A DNA stretch of 64,000 nucleotides, from positions 71,238,001 to 71,302,000 of the forward strand of contig OX597824.1 of assembly GCA_951406725.2 (NCBI GenBank), in the 5' to 3' direction. A program made the translations under genes and the position numbers. Below, piece by piece: positions 61,630 to 64,000 of the stretch (positions are counted from its first letter, which is position 1; each line of letters starts with the position of its first letter). This DNA is from Octopus vulgaris. Taxonomy: Eukaryota. Under the pieces are notes generated by a model. That model was not told where the DNA came from. It worked only from the letters and a program-made list of their open reading frames with translations, and searched no databases.

Positions 61630-63905
61630 TGTGAGGGAATCAAGGCTACAGGATGGGCCCAAGTAGTGGAAGCCCAATGTGGTAATGATGCCACAATCTG
61701 ATCCTTGACAAACCAACAAGGTAAGTTGATGAACGAACCTGAGGCTTTTCAGGAGCACTTCAGCCAGCTTTTCGGTGGGGGCGGCAGGCCGGATAGTAGG
61801 AGGAACCTAACGGACTTCCTTGCCAGGCTGCCGCACCTATCAGAATGGGATGCGGAGTGCTGTGAAGGGGCCGATCACACCTGAGAAGGTAATCAAGGCT
61901 ATGGCAGACTGGGGCGCAGGTAAGGTGCCAGGACTGGATGGTCTACCCTATGAGTTGTATAAGAGTATGCCAGACTTGTTCAAGCACCTGCTGGCAAATG
62001 TCTACGCGAACTGGCAACAGAATGGGTTTATTTTGCAAAGACCCGGACAAGGGGGATTCCGTTGATAATTTTCAGCCCATCACTCTGCTAAATGCAGAGT
62101 AGAAGATTTTGGCCAAAGTGTTATTGAAAAGATTGGTGCATGTCACGGATGGTCTGATCGAGTAGGCACAGACATGTGCCGTTCCCGGCAGAACCATCCA
62201 GGATAATCTCCATTTTATATGGTACACTTTAGAGGGGTTTGATAGTAATTCTGGCAAGGGTGGGGCACTGCTCCATTTAGACCAATCTAAGGCATTTGAT
62301 AGGGTTGACCATCGCTACATGGTGTCCATTCTGGCACAGTTCGGCCTGGGTCTTGGCTTCCTCAGGTGGATCATTCAGATTTATGATAACATCAACTCAG
62401 TAGTTTGGGTGAATGGCTTCATATCGAAACCGTTCAACACCAAATGCTCAGTTCGTCAAGGATGCCTGCTCTCCTCGCTTTTGTACGTAATGGTTCTTGA
62501 GCCATTACTGCAAAAATTGATCGGCATTCCAAGACAGCTAGGTTGTGTAAAGTCGGTTTCAGCTTATGTGGATGACATCACCATCACTGTAACAGAAATG
62601 GATCACCTTCAGAGGGTAGGCAAGGCCATTAAGGTTTATGAGATGGTGGTAGGAGCAAAAGTTAATCGAGAAAAGTCAGTCAGCTTGAAGCTCAGCACCT
62701 GGAGAGGCAAGTCGATGCCTCCTGACAGCGTTGTGGGACATTGAACGGAGAGTCCGATTATGTTGCTAGGAGTTTGGTTTGGACCAGACCTCCAAATAAA
62801 GAACTGGGCCGAGGTATCAGGCAGGGTGACCTACATAGTCAAGACCTGGTCTTGGCAGTGGCTATCCCTGAAAGGGAGGGCGGAGGTAGCCAATGTGTTC
62901 ATTGCATCGGTCATCACCTACTGCCTAACCGTTGTTCCTTGCCCTGATTCATGGTTAATCAAGCTAGAAAGACAGCTCTTCCACTTCTTGTGGAAGGGCT
63001 CTCCTGCTATTCCGTCACTCGAGCAATGACTGCAGTAGAAGTTCCACCGCATTCTTTTATAAAGGGCTTGTAGAGACGGAATGTGACGATACCTTAGTGG
63101 AAACCCTAGGTCTCAACGATAATCAGCTGGCCAGTCTGTTCTGACATATATTCAGGCTAAAGACTCTGGACAACTTTCAGAAGTCTCTGGCATGGCAGTG
63201 TTACTAAGGAGCCTTACCTGTTCAGTACAAGCTCACAAGGCATGGAGGTCGCGGCTCTTCAACCTGTCCAAGATGCGAGTGGGATAGGAAAACCGTTCCG
63301 CATGCTATAGTTCAATGTTCAGAGGTGTCAGATGTGTGGGTTTATGCTGAACAACTGTTGTCAAGTGCAAGAAGAGTACAGATATTGACTGAGTCTATAG
63401 TAAAAATTGACCCGCCTGATTTCCTTTCGAAAGAAGGAAAGAATTTGTTTTCTCATTGTAGTAGCAATTGCGAGAGAAGTGATTTGGAAGACGAGGCTGA
63501 AAGGATTAAAGTCAGGTACCTTCATCTCTGGCCCTGAATTGATGAATTACTTCACCTTTCACCTTAAAAGGAAGATAAGGCTAGAGAGAAAATGCCTGAC
63601 TGTGAAAATGTTTGAAAATTAATGGAAGAATGTAACGCAGATGTTGCGTGTGAATGTAACCTCATGAATGCAGCACAGGACATGCCTCGGGTATCAATGG
63701 TGAGGCAGGGCTTGTGGGGTCCGAATTAAACCTGCCTCCCCACTGCATCTGTAATGTCTTCCAGTCTGTCCTATCATTCGATTTCCTTATATTTTTATTT
63801 TGTGAATTTTTAACTTCATATTAATGTAATAACCATTCGTTCACCTGACCCCAATCAGATTGTGTTGTCCTTTTCTATGTTGTCTCCTTGTGGAAAGTAA
63901 AAAAT
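61630..63905 (+). mobile_element. Decayed L1/Tx1-clade LINE ORF2 (RT plus C-terminal CCHC finger) and 3' UTR
   Basis: GKVPGLDGLPYELY, PITLLNAE, LDQSKAFDRVDH, SVRQGCLLS.LLY, SAYVDDITI, LSLKGRAEV, CPRC...H...C; several stops and frameshifts; ends gtggaaagtaaaaa. Confidence 0.9.
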
Positions 63906-64000
63906 CAACTTATTCTTAGTGCAAGTTTTGAAGAGTGCCGTTCAATTTTAACAGTTATTTTTTCAAAGCTATAATGGAAGTGACAAAGGAGCATATTTGG

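Overview
AT-rich, repeat-dense eukaryotic genomic DNA. The SINE/LINE families and microsatellite load look like an octopod cephalopod (Octopus); this is an inference from repeat recognition. Two protein-coding genes are supported. (1) An 18-coding-exon + strand gene (ATG 12951 to stop 36103, about 720 aa) that I assembled by hand from GT-AG junctions with fully consistent phases. It is recognisably ERMARD/C6orf70 (DUF4209), with two RxxxxH HEPN-type motifs and a CpG-rich ETS/YY1 promoter at about 7560-8200. (2) An intronless class A GPCR ORF (54070-55242, 390 aa) with atypical motifs. The rest is decayed LINEs (RTE, CR1, L1/Tx1), at least three tRNA-derived SINE families, piggyBac-, Merlin- and Tc1-type MITEs, and simple repeats. 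Most short ORFs in the supplied track are repeat artefacts. The most unusual element is a TSD-flanked, near-perfect palindrome of about 500 bp (42131-42636). Each arm joins a tRNA-like Pol III head to a Penelope-type minimal hammerhead-ribozyme motif. A second short family with a hammerhead-like core (44730, 48412, 32745) suggests a set of ribozyme-bearing non-autonomous retroelements. All coordinates were read by eye; repeat boundaries are approximate.
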